DNA of 64,000 bases from Macrostomum hystrix. Taxonomy: Eukaryota; Animalia; Platyhelminthes. Position 1 is the stretch's first letter. Each line of letters starts with the position of its first letter. The stretch lies in NCBI GenBank assembly GCA_950097015.1, contig CATNEN010000030.1, forward strand, positions 1,426,001-1,490,000. The letters are read 5' to 3'. This document shows, one piece after another, positions 12,016 through 23,347 of this stretch. The position numbers and the translations under genes were made by a program. The notes under the pieces were generated by a model. That model saw only the letters and a list, made by a program, of their open reading frames with translations. It ran no database searches and was not told the origin of the DNA.

Positions 12016-13466
12016 CTAAGTTCTGCAGTCTTCGTCAGTCTTTGTTTCACTAGCAGAACTGACAGGCAGTAAAGGTGCTGCTGCTGCTGCTCCTGTATCC
12101 GCATCTGTCATATTAGTTGGCTGCAGCTCAATTTTTTCCACCCCTGAGTTGCTCGAATCGCCGCTAGTTGCGGTGGCCGCAGCCGCACCGCCTCCCATGA
12201 GGCGACCTCCGGCGTAGCCGGCAACTCCGCCCAGCAGGCCAGCGGCGGCCCCGGCTTTCAGGCCGATCAGCAGGCCAACTGGGCCGCCTAGTAGGGCGCC
12301 TGTGGCGGCGCCAGCCACGGGCAGGTAGAAGGCTCGGTAGCTGACGGCCTGGCGCAGCCAGCGAGCGCCGTCATCGGCGTTGGCCTCAGCCTTGGCGATG
12401 CTGGCCTCGACGCTGGCGACGCCGTCGCCTTGAACGGTGACAGCGGCGGCCAGCTGAGTCATGAGCTGCTCCAGGTCGGCTAGGTCGCGGGCCAGGCTCT
12501 CCGTGGCGGCCTCCAGGGCCAGGGCTGGCGTGGAGCCGGGCAGCGCGGGCGAGTCGTCGAACACGTAGGAGGCCAGCTCGGCCTGGGCGGCAGTTGCGGA
12601 GCCGACGCCGGAAGCCGCAGAATCAGCGTCGAAGTCCGCGGAGTCCAGAGAAACGGTAGCGTCGATGTAGGCCTGTTGGTGTATAATATGTATGATTATC
12701 AAATAAGACCTATGCTAATCCACAGTTAGTGATGGTCGATCTGATTTTTGCAGACATGGGTAACGCGTTTATTTAATCGTCTCGAGCTGCGGGCACTGGC
12801 ACATCATTTGGTGGCAGCGCACGCATGCAGATACCCCAAGCAGGCACGCACTAACACAGGTGTGTGTATCTGTCTTGACTTTCTCATCGTCAGGCAGTGT
12901 ACACTCTCCCTGTACGTTAGGTTGTGCAATCTCTGTAACTTGGGGTGTACACTCTCACTGTACCTCGTTGTTGTACAGTACGGAAATTGCACAATAAGCC
13001 CCCGAAGCCTCGACCCCGCGGAATCGAGCTCAGGGACCTTGGTGCGCGACGGGAGTCATAACTTTGAGTCAAGTTGGAAATTTAATGGTCATTGTCATAA
13101 GCTATAAGTTTAATAAAGCTGAGATTGAAAACTCACTTGAGTGAAATTGTGAATCTGCTCCGTCACCATGGCAACAGTTGGCCTAACAATGCTATCAAAA
13201 GCGGCCCGATCGGCTGGTCGGACGTGACACTGCAGCTGGCTCAGCTCCTGAAGGCGCAGCTTGAGCTGCCCCACGCACCGGCTTGCGTTAACTAGCTCGC
13301 GGTTGAGTCTGCCGCCGCCACCGCGCAGCTCGGACAGGTTGGCGCAGTGCTGCGCTAGCCTGCCGCTGTCCACTTCGGCTAGCCGGACAAACCGATTGGC
13401 CGAGTGGCGCAGCACCGCCAGGCTCATCAGCTCCGGCTGCTGCTGCTCGCGTAGGTCCGACTGGGA
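12016..13466 (-). CDS. STX17: Syntaxin-17; exons 13137-13466 (first ATG at 13427) and 12016-12672
   Basis: The N-terminal helices (LNRELVNASRCVGQL), the SNARE motif and the Gly-rich hairpin TM PVAGAATGALLGGPVGLLIGLKAGAAAGLLGGVAGYAGG are characteristic of STX17. Phase-0 GT/AG intron. Confidence 0.85.
12760..13075 (-). mobile_element. Degenerate tRNA-derived SINE, family B, in the STX17 intron
   Basis: Shares GCGGAATCGAGCTCAGGGACCTTGGTGCG and TCTCATCGTCAGGCAG(T/G)GTACACTCT with 25590-25870. Confidence 0.6.
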
Positions 13467-13489
13467 CTGGAAGTTTAGAGTAGAAAGAG

Positions 13490-14932
13490 TTAATGTCTGA
13501 CTTGAGAAATCCAGGGTAGCTAATGTCTGACTGTGAGAAATCCAGGGTAGCTAATGGCTGACTGTGAGAAATCCAGGGTAGCTAATGTCTGACTGTGAGA
13601 AATTCAGGGTAGCTAATGGCTGACTGTGAGAAATTCAGGGTAGCTAATGGCTGACTGTGAGAAATTCAGGGTAGCTAATGGCTGACTGTGAGAAATTCAG
13701 GGTAGCTAATGTCTGACTGTCAGAAATCCAGGGTAGCTAATGGCTGACTGTGAGAAATCCAGGGTAGCTAATGGCTGACTGTGAGAAATCCAGGGTAGCT
13801 AATGTCTGACTTGAGAAATTCAGGGTAGCTAATGGCTGACTCTGAGAAATCCAGGGTAGCTAATGGCTGACTTGAGAAATTCAGGGTAGCTAATGTCTGA
13901 CTTTAAGAAATCCAGGGTAGCTAATGTCTGACTTGAGAAATCCAGGGTAGCTAATGTCTGACTTGAGAAATCCAGGGTAGCTAATGGCTGACTTGAGAAA
14001 TTCAGGGTAGCTAATGTCTGACTGTCAGAAATCCAGGGTAGCTAATGTCTGACTTGAGAAATCCAGGGTAGCTAATGTCTGACTTGAGAAATCCAGGGTA
14101 GCTAATGTCTGACTTGAGAAATCCAGGGTAGCTAATGTCTGACTTGAGAAATCCAGGGTAGCTAATGTCTGACTTGAGAAATCCAGGGTAGCTAATGGCT
14201 GACTCTGAAAAATCCAGGGTAGCTAATGGCTGACTCTGAGAAATCCAGGGTAGCTAATGGCTGACTCTGAGAAATCCAGGGTAGCTAATGGCTGACTCTG
14301 AGAAATCCAGGGTAGCTAATGGCTGACTGTGAGAAATCCAGGGTAGCTAATGGCTGACTCTGAGAAATCCAGGGTAGCTAATGGCTGACTCTGAGAAATC
14401 CAGGGTAGCTAATGGCTGACTCTGAGAAATCCAGGGTAGCTAATGGCTGACTGTGAGAAATCCAGGGTAGCTAATGGCTGACTCTGAGAAATCCAGGGTA
14501 GCTAATGGCTGACTTGAGAAATCCAGGGTAGCTAATGGCTGACTTGAGAAATCCAGGGTAGCTAATGGCTGACTTTTCTTAACAGACTTGAGAAATTCAG
14601 GGTAGCTAATGGCTGACTGTGAGAAATCCAGGGTAGCTAATGGCTGACTGTGAGAAATCCAGGGTAGCTAATGGCTGACTCTGAGAAATCCAGGGTAGCT
14701 AATGGCTGACTCTGAGAAATCCAGGGTAGCTAATGGCTGACTGTGAGAAATCCAGGGTAGCTAATGGCTGACTCTGAGAAATCCAGGGTAGCTAATGGCT
14801 GACTTGAGAAATCCAGGGTAGCTAATGGCTGACTTGAGAAATCCAGGGTAGCTAATGGCTGACTTTTCTTAACAGACTTGAGAAATTCAGGGTAGCTAAT
14901 GGCTGACTGTGAGAAATCCAGGGTAGCTAAAT
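13490..14932. repeat. 30/31-bp minisatellite (CAGGGTAGCTAATG[G/T]CTGACT[G]TGAGAAATC), about 46 copies
   Basis: Seen directly. Confidence 0.95.
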
Positions 14933-15584
14933 CCAGGTGTATAATATGCCCACTATTATTTTAACTACTGATAACCTTTTATACGAAAAAACTGACTTTA
15001 TTTCATATGCAATAAAAGTAAGAGGAGCTAAATTATAAATATATGCGGAAATATAGTAAATTACATTCTATATGAAGTGAAAATCTTTTTCTAGTCAATT
15101 ATTGAAGAGAAATTACTTTCGAAATTGAAAATCGTTAAGAAATTTGATTGGGTCATCACGTTATTAACATTTATTCATATATATTTAGATAAAGTACAAA
15201 TAGTGACATTGCTAGATTATTGTTGACATAAAAATACCGGTTTTCTTAACACAGCAAAGTCTAGGTCACACTGAGTTCGCATTACTGTTAATACAAGCTA
15301 ATCAAATAATCCGATAATAAAGCTATCAGCCTTGTATTCAACAATAAAAAAGAAATTGAGAGGCGGCACACATTAAGGCTATACAAAAAGGTGTCAAATA
15401 TGAGCCCGTGAAGAGCATGACAACATTCAATATAAAGTACAAAGTATAATACTACTGCTTGGGTCAGTTGTAGGGGTTACAGAGCAGGACAGTACATGGT
15501 TTGTGCGATATAAAGCTAATGACTGTCGGCTGCTAAACAGCTGAAAGTGACGCGGATTTTCTAAAAGACACAAAATTATTGGAT

Positions 15585-16285
15585 TGGGGATTGTTAAAGG
15601 GATTGGATAGGGATTCTAGGATTGGATAGGGAATTCTAGGATTGGATAGGGGATTCTAGGATTGGATAGGGGATTCTAGGATCGGATAGGGGATTCTAGG
15701 AATGGATAGGGTATTCTAGGATTGGATAGGGGATTCTTGGATTGGATAGGGGATTCTAGGAATGGATAGGGGATTCTAGGATTGGATAGGGGATTCTAGG
15801 ATTGGATAGGGGATTCTAGGAATGGATAGGGGATTCTAGGAATGGATAGGGGATTCTAGGATTGGATAGGGGATTCTTGGATTGGATAGGGGATTCTTGG
15901 ATTGGATAGGGGATTCTAGGATTGGATAGGGGATTCTTGGATTGGATAGGGGATTCTAGGATTGGATAGGGGATTCTAGGAATGGATAGGGGATTCAAGG
16001 ATTCGATAGGGGATTCTAGGATTGGATAGGGGATTCTAGGATTGGATAGGGGATTCTAGGATTGGATAGGGGATTCTAGGATTGGATAGGGGATTCTAGG
16101 ATTGGATAGGGGATTCTAGGATTGGATAGGGGATTGTTAAAGGGATTGGATAGGGGATTCTTTGAAGGATTGGATAGGGGATTCTTAATAGGATTGGATA
16201 GGGGGTTGTTAAAGGGATTGGATAGGGGATTGTTAAAGGGGTTGGATAGGGGATTGTTTATGGGATAACTCAATGAATAGGGGAT
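15585..16285. repeat. 20-bp minisatellite GGATTGGATAGGGGATTCTA
   Basis: Seen directly, about 33 copies. Confidence 0.95.
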
Positions 16286-16469
16286 AACTCAAGGGATTGA
16301 ATAATGATTTCTCAGGATTCTGTAGAAATTCGCAGAAAATTTTATTACACTCTCAAGAGGATAGAGCGAATGAGATTCAGCAAGAAGACGGCAAGACCCG
16401 ACAAAAACAGCAAACCGAAAGTAAAAGTACAACTGTGTCCACCCAACAGGAAGCCAATGTACTCAGAAA

Positions 16470-19356
16470 TCAGTTATGCCCCACTCGATAACCGTGCATG
16501 TACTTCTCCCAGCGGGTCAGGGCGGTCAGGAGCCCGGGATCCGGTTCCAGGGTGGTCAGGGCTTGCAGCTGGGTCACGTGCACGCTGTGGTAATCCCAGC
16601 GCGCCCGGCGCGGCTCTTCGTCCGGATTGGTTACGTGACGCAGATCATAGTAGGTGCCGTCACCATGATCGAATAGGCCGATGGCGGATTTCAGTGACTC
16701 GATGCCGGCCGAGTAAAGCCGGCTAACGTTGGCCAGGTGGGCGCGAAGGCTTACACCGTCAATGACTTGGCCGTCGGCTTTCGCAGTCAGCTCAGCCAGT
16801 AGGTGACGGAGATCGTACAGGCCGAACAGAGAATAGATAAAGCCGTTAAGGACAAACAGGCCGCCGGGCACTGGGTACTCCTCGTACCAGGTGAGCCGGT
16901 CGAATAGGCGGGCCGTCACGCCGGTGGCCGGGTTCGAGGCGGCGTCCCGTTGAAACGGCGCCAGACCGCGCACCGCGGCAGTCAGATAGTCGCGCCGATT
17001 TGGCCAGCGGTGATGCAGGCGGACCAGCAGCGAGATGGCCTGGCCCTGGCCCATGGCGGAGCACCAGCCCGGCTGCAGCACCTGTGCGGGTCCAGCCGAT
17101 GGGTCAATGGGTCGATGGGTTTTTGAGTTAATGGGTCAATGGGTCGATGGGTCGATAGGTTATTGAGTTAATGGGTCAATGGGTCAATAGGTCAATGGGT
17201 TAATGGGTCAATGGGTCATTGAGTTAATGGGTCAATGGGTCAATGGGTTAATGGGTCAATGGGTCATTGAGTTAATGGGTCATTGAGTTAATGGGTCATT
17301 GAGTTAATGGGTCAATGGGTCAATAGGTCAATTGGTTAATGGGTCAATGGGTCCTTAAGTTATTGAGTTAATGGGTTAATGGGTCAATGGGTCGTTGAAT
17401 TAATGGGTCAATAGGTCGATGGGTCATTGAGTTAATGGGTCAATGGGTCGATGGGTTATTGAGTTAATGGGGCATTGAGTCATTGAGTTAAAGGGTTAAT
17501 GGGTTATTGGGTCAATGTGTCATTGATTTAATGGGTCAATGGGTCAATGGGTCATTGAGTTAATGGCTCAATGGGTCAATAGGTCAATAGGTCAATGGGT
17601 CATTGAGTTAATGGGTCAATGGGTCAATAGCTCAATGGGTTAATTGGTCAATGGGTCATTGAGTTAATTAGTCAATGGGTCGATGAGTCAATGGGTTTTT
17701 TAGTCAATAGGTCAAGGCAAATGAGTCAATGAGTCAACCGGCCAATGCCGTTAACTGCTGCAAGGGTTAAGATGCTGAGCTTAGAGCCTAAGACCCAAGC
17801 CGCTCACCTGCCGCCTCCGACGACGGCCGATCTCGCGCCTGGCCCGGATTGGCCAAGCGCCAGTGCTGGCGTTCTGATTGGCTACCAGCCAATCACCGGC
17901 TGCCCGGTAGAAATCCGGCCTGGCTGCGGCAGGCGTAACGAATTCCACGCGGCCCAAGTAGCCGACGCCGCGCAGAGAAATCCACTGCACTCGGCGAATG
18001 GTCACAGGTGGACCGCCGCCACCGCCACCTCGGCGACGTCGACGACCACCGGGGCGGCGGGAGCCACGACGCCCACGGCTGGCGCGCAGCTTTCGACGAG
18101 CTTCATCCGCCATCGGCGAAGCGTCTCGCCGTCGACGTCGCCGATGCGATTCTTCATCGCCATTTTCGACGCCGGGATCGGCTGCTTCTGAAGCATCGGC
18201 TGAACGATTATTGTCAACCTCGCCGTCTTGACTGTTGTCTTCGGCGAAATCCGAGTCGTCGTCATCGTCAACAAATGCCTTCTCAACGTCGATGGCCAAA
18301 TTGCGCGTCAAAGTGCGCCAAGCCTCGCCATTTGGCAAGCCGACTGCATAGTAGATGTCCGTCTTCTCGCCCGGAGCTCGATAATCGTCGACGAAACCGA
18401 CGCCATAGTGAAGCCGAACTGTGCCGCGTCTGTTTGTGACCAACTGGACTGTGACGCTGGCCCCGGCCACAGACAGGAAGTCAACCAGCCGAAGCACCGT
18501 TCGACCAGCCGATGCTAGCGACTCGCGCGCCAAATTTAGGCGAGCGCCGCGCGACAAATCTGCCGGTACGTTAAAGTGCAACAGCGAGCCGTCGCCGGGC
18601 GAGGCGGCTACGACTGGTCGAGGGGGCGAAAACGTAGCATTGACGGCCACATCCATTAGCTGGGCGCCGTCCGGCACCGTCCAGTCCGTAGTCCGATTCG
18701 CCGAACGAGCGCGTCGCCGAAGCATCGCCGCTGTTAACAAATCCGCTTCGGCTACTGTCGGCTTGTTGAGTTTCGGCCTTACTAAAATGACTCAGACCGT
18801 ACTGAGCTACCTGGATGACATACTCGTGGCCGCGCCGATCCCACTGCTGACTAACCGGGACGCCTCGGCGACCCGAAATGCGCAAGACTCGATCTCGCCG
18901 TTCTACGCTATAGTCGGCGAAGTGTAGGAAAGCGCCGTAGGGCGAATAGGGAAGCCTAGGCGGGTGCAGGCGGGCATAGCTGGCGTACCAGTGCAGTCGG
19001 CCATCGTCTGCTAGACCGCCGGACAGTTCGTAGCGCCGCTTAAGATAGTCGAACGGCACGTAGACTTCGGCGCCTCGGCGAATGCAGGCCACCCGTTCGG
19101 AGTCTTCAACTATGCAGTCCATGTCGTATAGAGACGGTGGCGCGGCTTTGTCGACAATGGCCATAACTGGCGGCTTGACCATTGCTGATATCTTATTCGA
19201 CTGATCTAAAGGCAGGTCATTGCTAAGAACTGGCGCCAATGGCACCGAACCGGGAGACAGAATCATAAAATAGATAATTAGGAAAGACAGCATCAGACAG
19301 GCCAGGATCAGCACGCGGCGCGGACTGAGCATACGCCGATGCGGCAGCAGCTTCAT
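16470..19356 (-). CDS. GLCE: D-glucuronyl C5-epimerase; exons 17808-19356 (one apparent extra base near 18686-18780) and 16470-17081
   Basis: Type II TM anchor, QVAQYGLSHFSK, DWTVP, GWCSAMGQGQAIS, WYEEYP, FVLNGFIYSLFGLYDL, YDLRH and ARWDYH motifs. Confidence 0.9.
17090..17735. repeat. Degenerate AATGGGTC/ATTGAGTT satellite filling the GLCE intron
   Basis: Seen directly. Confidence 0.9.
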
Positions 19357-20857
19357 CTAAGGGCGGGGGGTGGAGGGCGAGGCCCGGATCGGAGTGGACT
19401 GCAGCGGAGGCGGTGGCTTCGGCCCTTTTGTTGCGCCGCCACCCTCTGCGCGGACTAAGGGCTGTAAGGAGGAGTGCAAAAAAGCGGAAATTTTTTGTCA
19501 TACTGTCTACTTATCGACCGATATAAGTACTATGTTGAGAGCCTTGTAACTTCTTTTAATTTAAATAAATAATTCGCGACATGAAGAAAATTATTTTGTA
19601 AGGTAAAAAATGCACTGATTTACTAAAAAGCTATACTGGCCTTGCCTAGAAAGTTAGACTGTCCTTTACAATATAGTTTTAATTTGGCATTCCTTAAAAG
19701 TTATAATAGCCTTCTTTGAAAGACCTTACCTAGAAATTTACACTGACCTTTCCTTGAAAGTTGCACTGGCCTTTTCAAGCAAGGTATATTAGCCTTTCTT
19801 AGAAAGTTATGCCGGAATTTCCTAGAAATATACATCGGAATTTCCTAGAACATTATACAAGGCCTTTATTAAAATGTTATACCGGCCTTTCCTAGAAAAC
19901 TAAATTGACATTGCACCCCTTGCCTACAAAAGAAAAATAATTGACTAAATAAAGGCAAGAATTTGCATTTTGCGACTGGCACACGGTTTTTATTGATCCA
20001 AGAGATATTGTTTGCTATTATCGATAGCTTAAAATAGATGCGCATAAAAGTGAAGAGAAAACTACGGTCGCATTCGTGATAAAATATCGGGAATAATGCG
20101 TGCATAGAAACAGTTACCATTAAGCTTTATTAGACCACACAAAAAAACTAGAAATCTAAACAAAAGAAGGATAAGAATAAAATAGTTGAAGACATTGTGT
20201 GCCAGTCAAAAAATAGCAGAAAATGTTTTCGAAGCGACGAGTAGTACGTGAGGGACATCAGAATAAAACTTGAATAAACAATGAAACAGGCTTGAATTTA
20301 CACTTATATCGCAATAAAAACCAATTTTCAATTAAGTAAACAGTAGGTTAGTCTAGTGCTTTTATGGAACAGAAAATAAGCAGAAAGTGTTTCCAATCTC
20401 TAAGAAGCAATTTTTCCATTCCAATTTTTTAATTTGTTTTTGTCATAAAAAACCTTCGAACCGCGATTTGAAACCGCAAAAAATCACTTAAACTGCCAAT
20501 AAGTAGTATTTAAAGAATATTGAGGACAAACCTAAAAAACACACATATTCATAAACAAACACATGAACATCAAAGTCCGCAAATCAATAAATATGATATT
20601 GTAATTGTTTGATTAATAAAAAACACGCATTGAAAATTTTCAGTCTGCTGCAGAGGATAACACGGCGGACAGAGAGGGTTGCAGAGTTGGAGCAACGGAG
20701 CGGAGGGTGGACGCGCTAGGACGCTAATAGTTGATCTTTCGCACAGATTTTCTCCATTTATCGGCTTTTTCCCTAGAATATTTTTACATCGCTACTAACA
20801 GTAGGGTATTTTGTGAATGGCAATAATTTTTCTTAGAAAATGTCAACCTTTATTGAC

Positions 20858-21571
20858 TTAAACAGTAGCCAGCTGTTGCTGCTGCTGACGAGCCAATAAC
20901 TGGCGCCTACTGGAGAAAATCTGGCGGCACATGCTAATTAGGAAGCTGGCCTCAGTCTCGGCCGCCTCAACCCGGCTAGCTAGGGCGTCGACGCCCGACT
21001 GAAGCTCTTCGCGGCGCTGATCGACGATTGAGTCGCCGAGTCGCTGCTTCAACCGGTAGCGATAGGCCGCCTCCCGGTTGGCTTCCTTCTTCTTCTGGAC
21101 GCGGCCGACTCTGACGCCGCCGCTAATGTCCGAATCGACTGTTATTTTTGACCGCTTCGACATTGACGACATGGACGATGGTGTCGGCGAGTTAGGCGAC
21201 TGAGTCAAGATTGTCTCAGACGAGAAGCTGCCTGGAGGACTAGGCGACGACTCGCCGTCCTTGTCGTCCCTTTCTTCATATTGGCCTGCTAGCTGCGGCG
21301 TTAGGATATCATTGAGAAATTCGTCCAGCGCCTCAGCATCATCGGCGTTGTTGTCAGCCGGTTCAATTGTTGACATTGGCAGCGAGCCAAAGAATGCATC
21401 AAAATTGGCGTCATCCGCGACTACCCCGCCCGCTACCGACTCGAAACCCGCTCCGAATTCCGCCCAATCTATGTAGCAGTTAGCAGACTCGACAGTCGGG
21501 ACGGCAGCGACTGGAGCAGTCACCACCGACGCCTCCTCCGGCCATGATTGACTTAGCAGCAATTCTAGCAT
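20858..21571 (-). CDS. ATF4: ATF4/ATF5-like bZIP transcription factor, single coding exon
   Basis: C-terminal bZIP KKKEANREAAYRYRLKQR..., an acidic N-terminal half and an ATF4-type uORF leader. Confidence 0.7.
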   Translation of the reverse strand: MLELLLSQSWPEEASVVTAPVAAVPTVESANCYIDWAEFGAGFESVAGGVVADDANFDAFFGSLPMSTIEPADNNADDAEALDEFLNDILTPQLAGQYEERDDKDGESSPSPPGSFSSETILTQSPNSPTPSSMSSMSKRSKITVDSDISGGVRVGRVQKKKEANREAAYRYRLKQRLGDSIVDQRREELQSGVDALASRVEAAETEASFLISMCRQIFSSRRQLLARQQQQQLATV

Positions 21572-21810
21572 GCTGAATGTTCTGAGCTGGTATCAACGAT
21601 ATAATTGGTATGATCTGGTCTGGTTCTTCTTTAAACAGTTGGTACTGTTCTTGTGGCAGTGAAATCGACTGGTAGATTGTTGAGAACGCCATCTTGGCTG
21701 ATTTAATAAAGGCTCGGGGCCTTGCTTGAACTAGCGAGTAGAAACTTATTTTGTGTCTGGTGCACCGTAGTGCGGTTGCTTCGGGAGCTGGCGGCGACAA
21801 GCTACTCCAT
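21480..21810 (-). promoter_or_regulatory. uORF1 (21810-21802, ATG GAG TAG) and uORF2 (21692-21480, 70 aa, overlapping the main ATG out of frame)
   Basis: Both ATGs are in strong context (gcagccATGG, gccaagATGG). No other ATG lies between 21810 and 21571. Confidence 0.75.
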
Positions 21811-21889
21811 GGCTGCAAAGTCGAGGGAGATTTTTTGTTTTTTACTTTTTGGCATACAGAACTAAAGCTATCAATCACTTTCGTCAAGA

Positions 21890-22190
21890 GGGTGTTGGTC
21901 TGGCCAGGACTATGCACATTTGGGGTTAGGGGGTGTTGGTCTGGCCAGGACTGTGCACATTTGGGGTTAGGGGGTGTTGGTCTGGCCAGGACTGTGCACA
22001 TTTGGGGTTAGGGGGTGTTGGTCTGGCCAGGACTGTGCACATTTGGGGTTAGGGGGTGTTGTCTAGGACTATGCACATTTGGGGTTAGGGGGTGTTGCTC
22101 TGGCCAGGACTGTGCACATTTGGGGTTAGGGGGTGTTGGTCTGGCCAGGACTATGCACATTTGGAGTTAGGGGGTGTTGGTCGGGTCAGG
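21890..22190. repeat. 41-bp G-rich minisatellite (TCTGGCCAGGACTGTGCACATTTGGGGTTAGGGGGTGTTGG)
   Basis: Seen directly, about 7 copies. Confidence 0.95.
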
Positions 22191-23039
22191 GCGTGCGTAC
22201 ATTTGGGCTTAGAAAGTGGAAATAAAATTATTATCTAATTTAGCAGAATAACGTTGGGCAGTCGTTGAATATGCTATGAAAGTGAAATGAACTTTCTTTA
22301 TTTTTTTATAGTCTATAAGAAGCTATGTATAAATATAGATAAATATATATATGTAGAAAGATAATAGATACAAAATGCTAAGAAAATGAAATATAGGCAC
22401 AATATTACCTGTTCTAAAAATTTAAACACAACAAAGTAACTACATTCTAAGAAAATTTTGAGAGAAAAAAAATTCGCTAGCGAATACAAGTACGATAATC
22501 GTTTCTATCGAATTGCAATAATTTAAATATACTAAAAGAAATAATAAAAGTCCTTAAAACCGGATACTTTAATAAGTTTACTTTTTAGACACATAAAAAT
22601 GGACGGTAATTAAAAAACAAAAACTAATAATTATAGAGAGAGGATAGAAGTATCACAGAAGATAAGCAAAAACTACAGCATGAAACCTATAGGACTACAT
22701 GAATATCTTATGCTTGTAACATAATTGTGAAAAATTATTCTGAAAACAAACGACTGAATTCTCTATTTTGATAACAAAAATTGCAATAAGAAACATTCGC
22801 ATGGCACAATTACTCTGATGGATGGAATAAGAAATAAAATGTTTTTTTTTCTTTAACTACTTGTCCATTGAGCCAGCCAATGGGGTATCAAATGTATCGA
22901 ATCGTTAATTATTTAACTTCCCATTATATCAACAAGGTCATTCTAGAGGTCAATTAAAGCCTAAATTAAATTATCAAAGGTCTGTACATTAAATGTGCAT
23001 GTAGACGCACCTTGAATCTACATGTGGCTTAAATGTAAA

Positions 23040-23215
23040 TTAAAAGTACCCTCGAATGTACTTTAAATGTACATATGGATGTACACTAAATGTGCATATG
23101 GATGTACTTTAAATGTACATATGGATGTACACTAAATGTACATATGGATGTACACTAAATGTACATATGGATGTACACTAAATGTACATATGGATGTACA
23201 CTAAATGTACATCAA
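23040..23215. repeat. 23-bp minisatellite AAATGTACATATGGATGTACACT
   Basis: Seen directly. Confidence 0.85.
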
Positions 23216-23347
23216 ATGCACATAATAATGTACCAATTAATGCCCATAATAAAGTATACACGTACTCAATATAACCCTGGAAAGTTAATGAAACAAATTT
23301 TCGCAAGAGAGAACTATACATTACTTCCGACATACTCCACATACAAT

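Noticed and set aside
18755-18782. 28-nt GTAAG...CAG mini-intron that would fix the GLCE frame
   Set aside because: It would delete the conserved SK of YGLSHFSK and is too short; a one-base error is simpler.
19223-19501. ORF overlapping the GLCE start as an N-terminal extension or uORF
   Set aside because: An acceptor-like cccttag directly precedes the GLCE ATG, so this region may not be in the mRNA; not resolvable from sequence.
21890-22190. Interstitial telomere
   Set aside because: There is only one TTAGGG per 41-bp unit, not a tandem telomeric tract.
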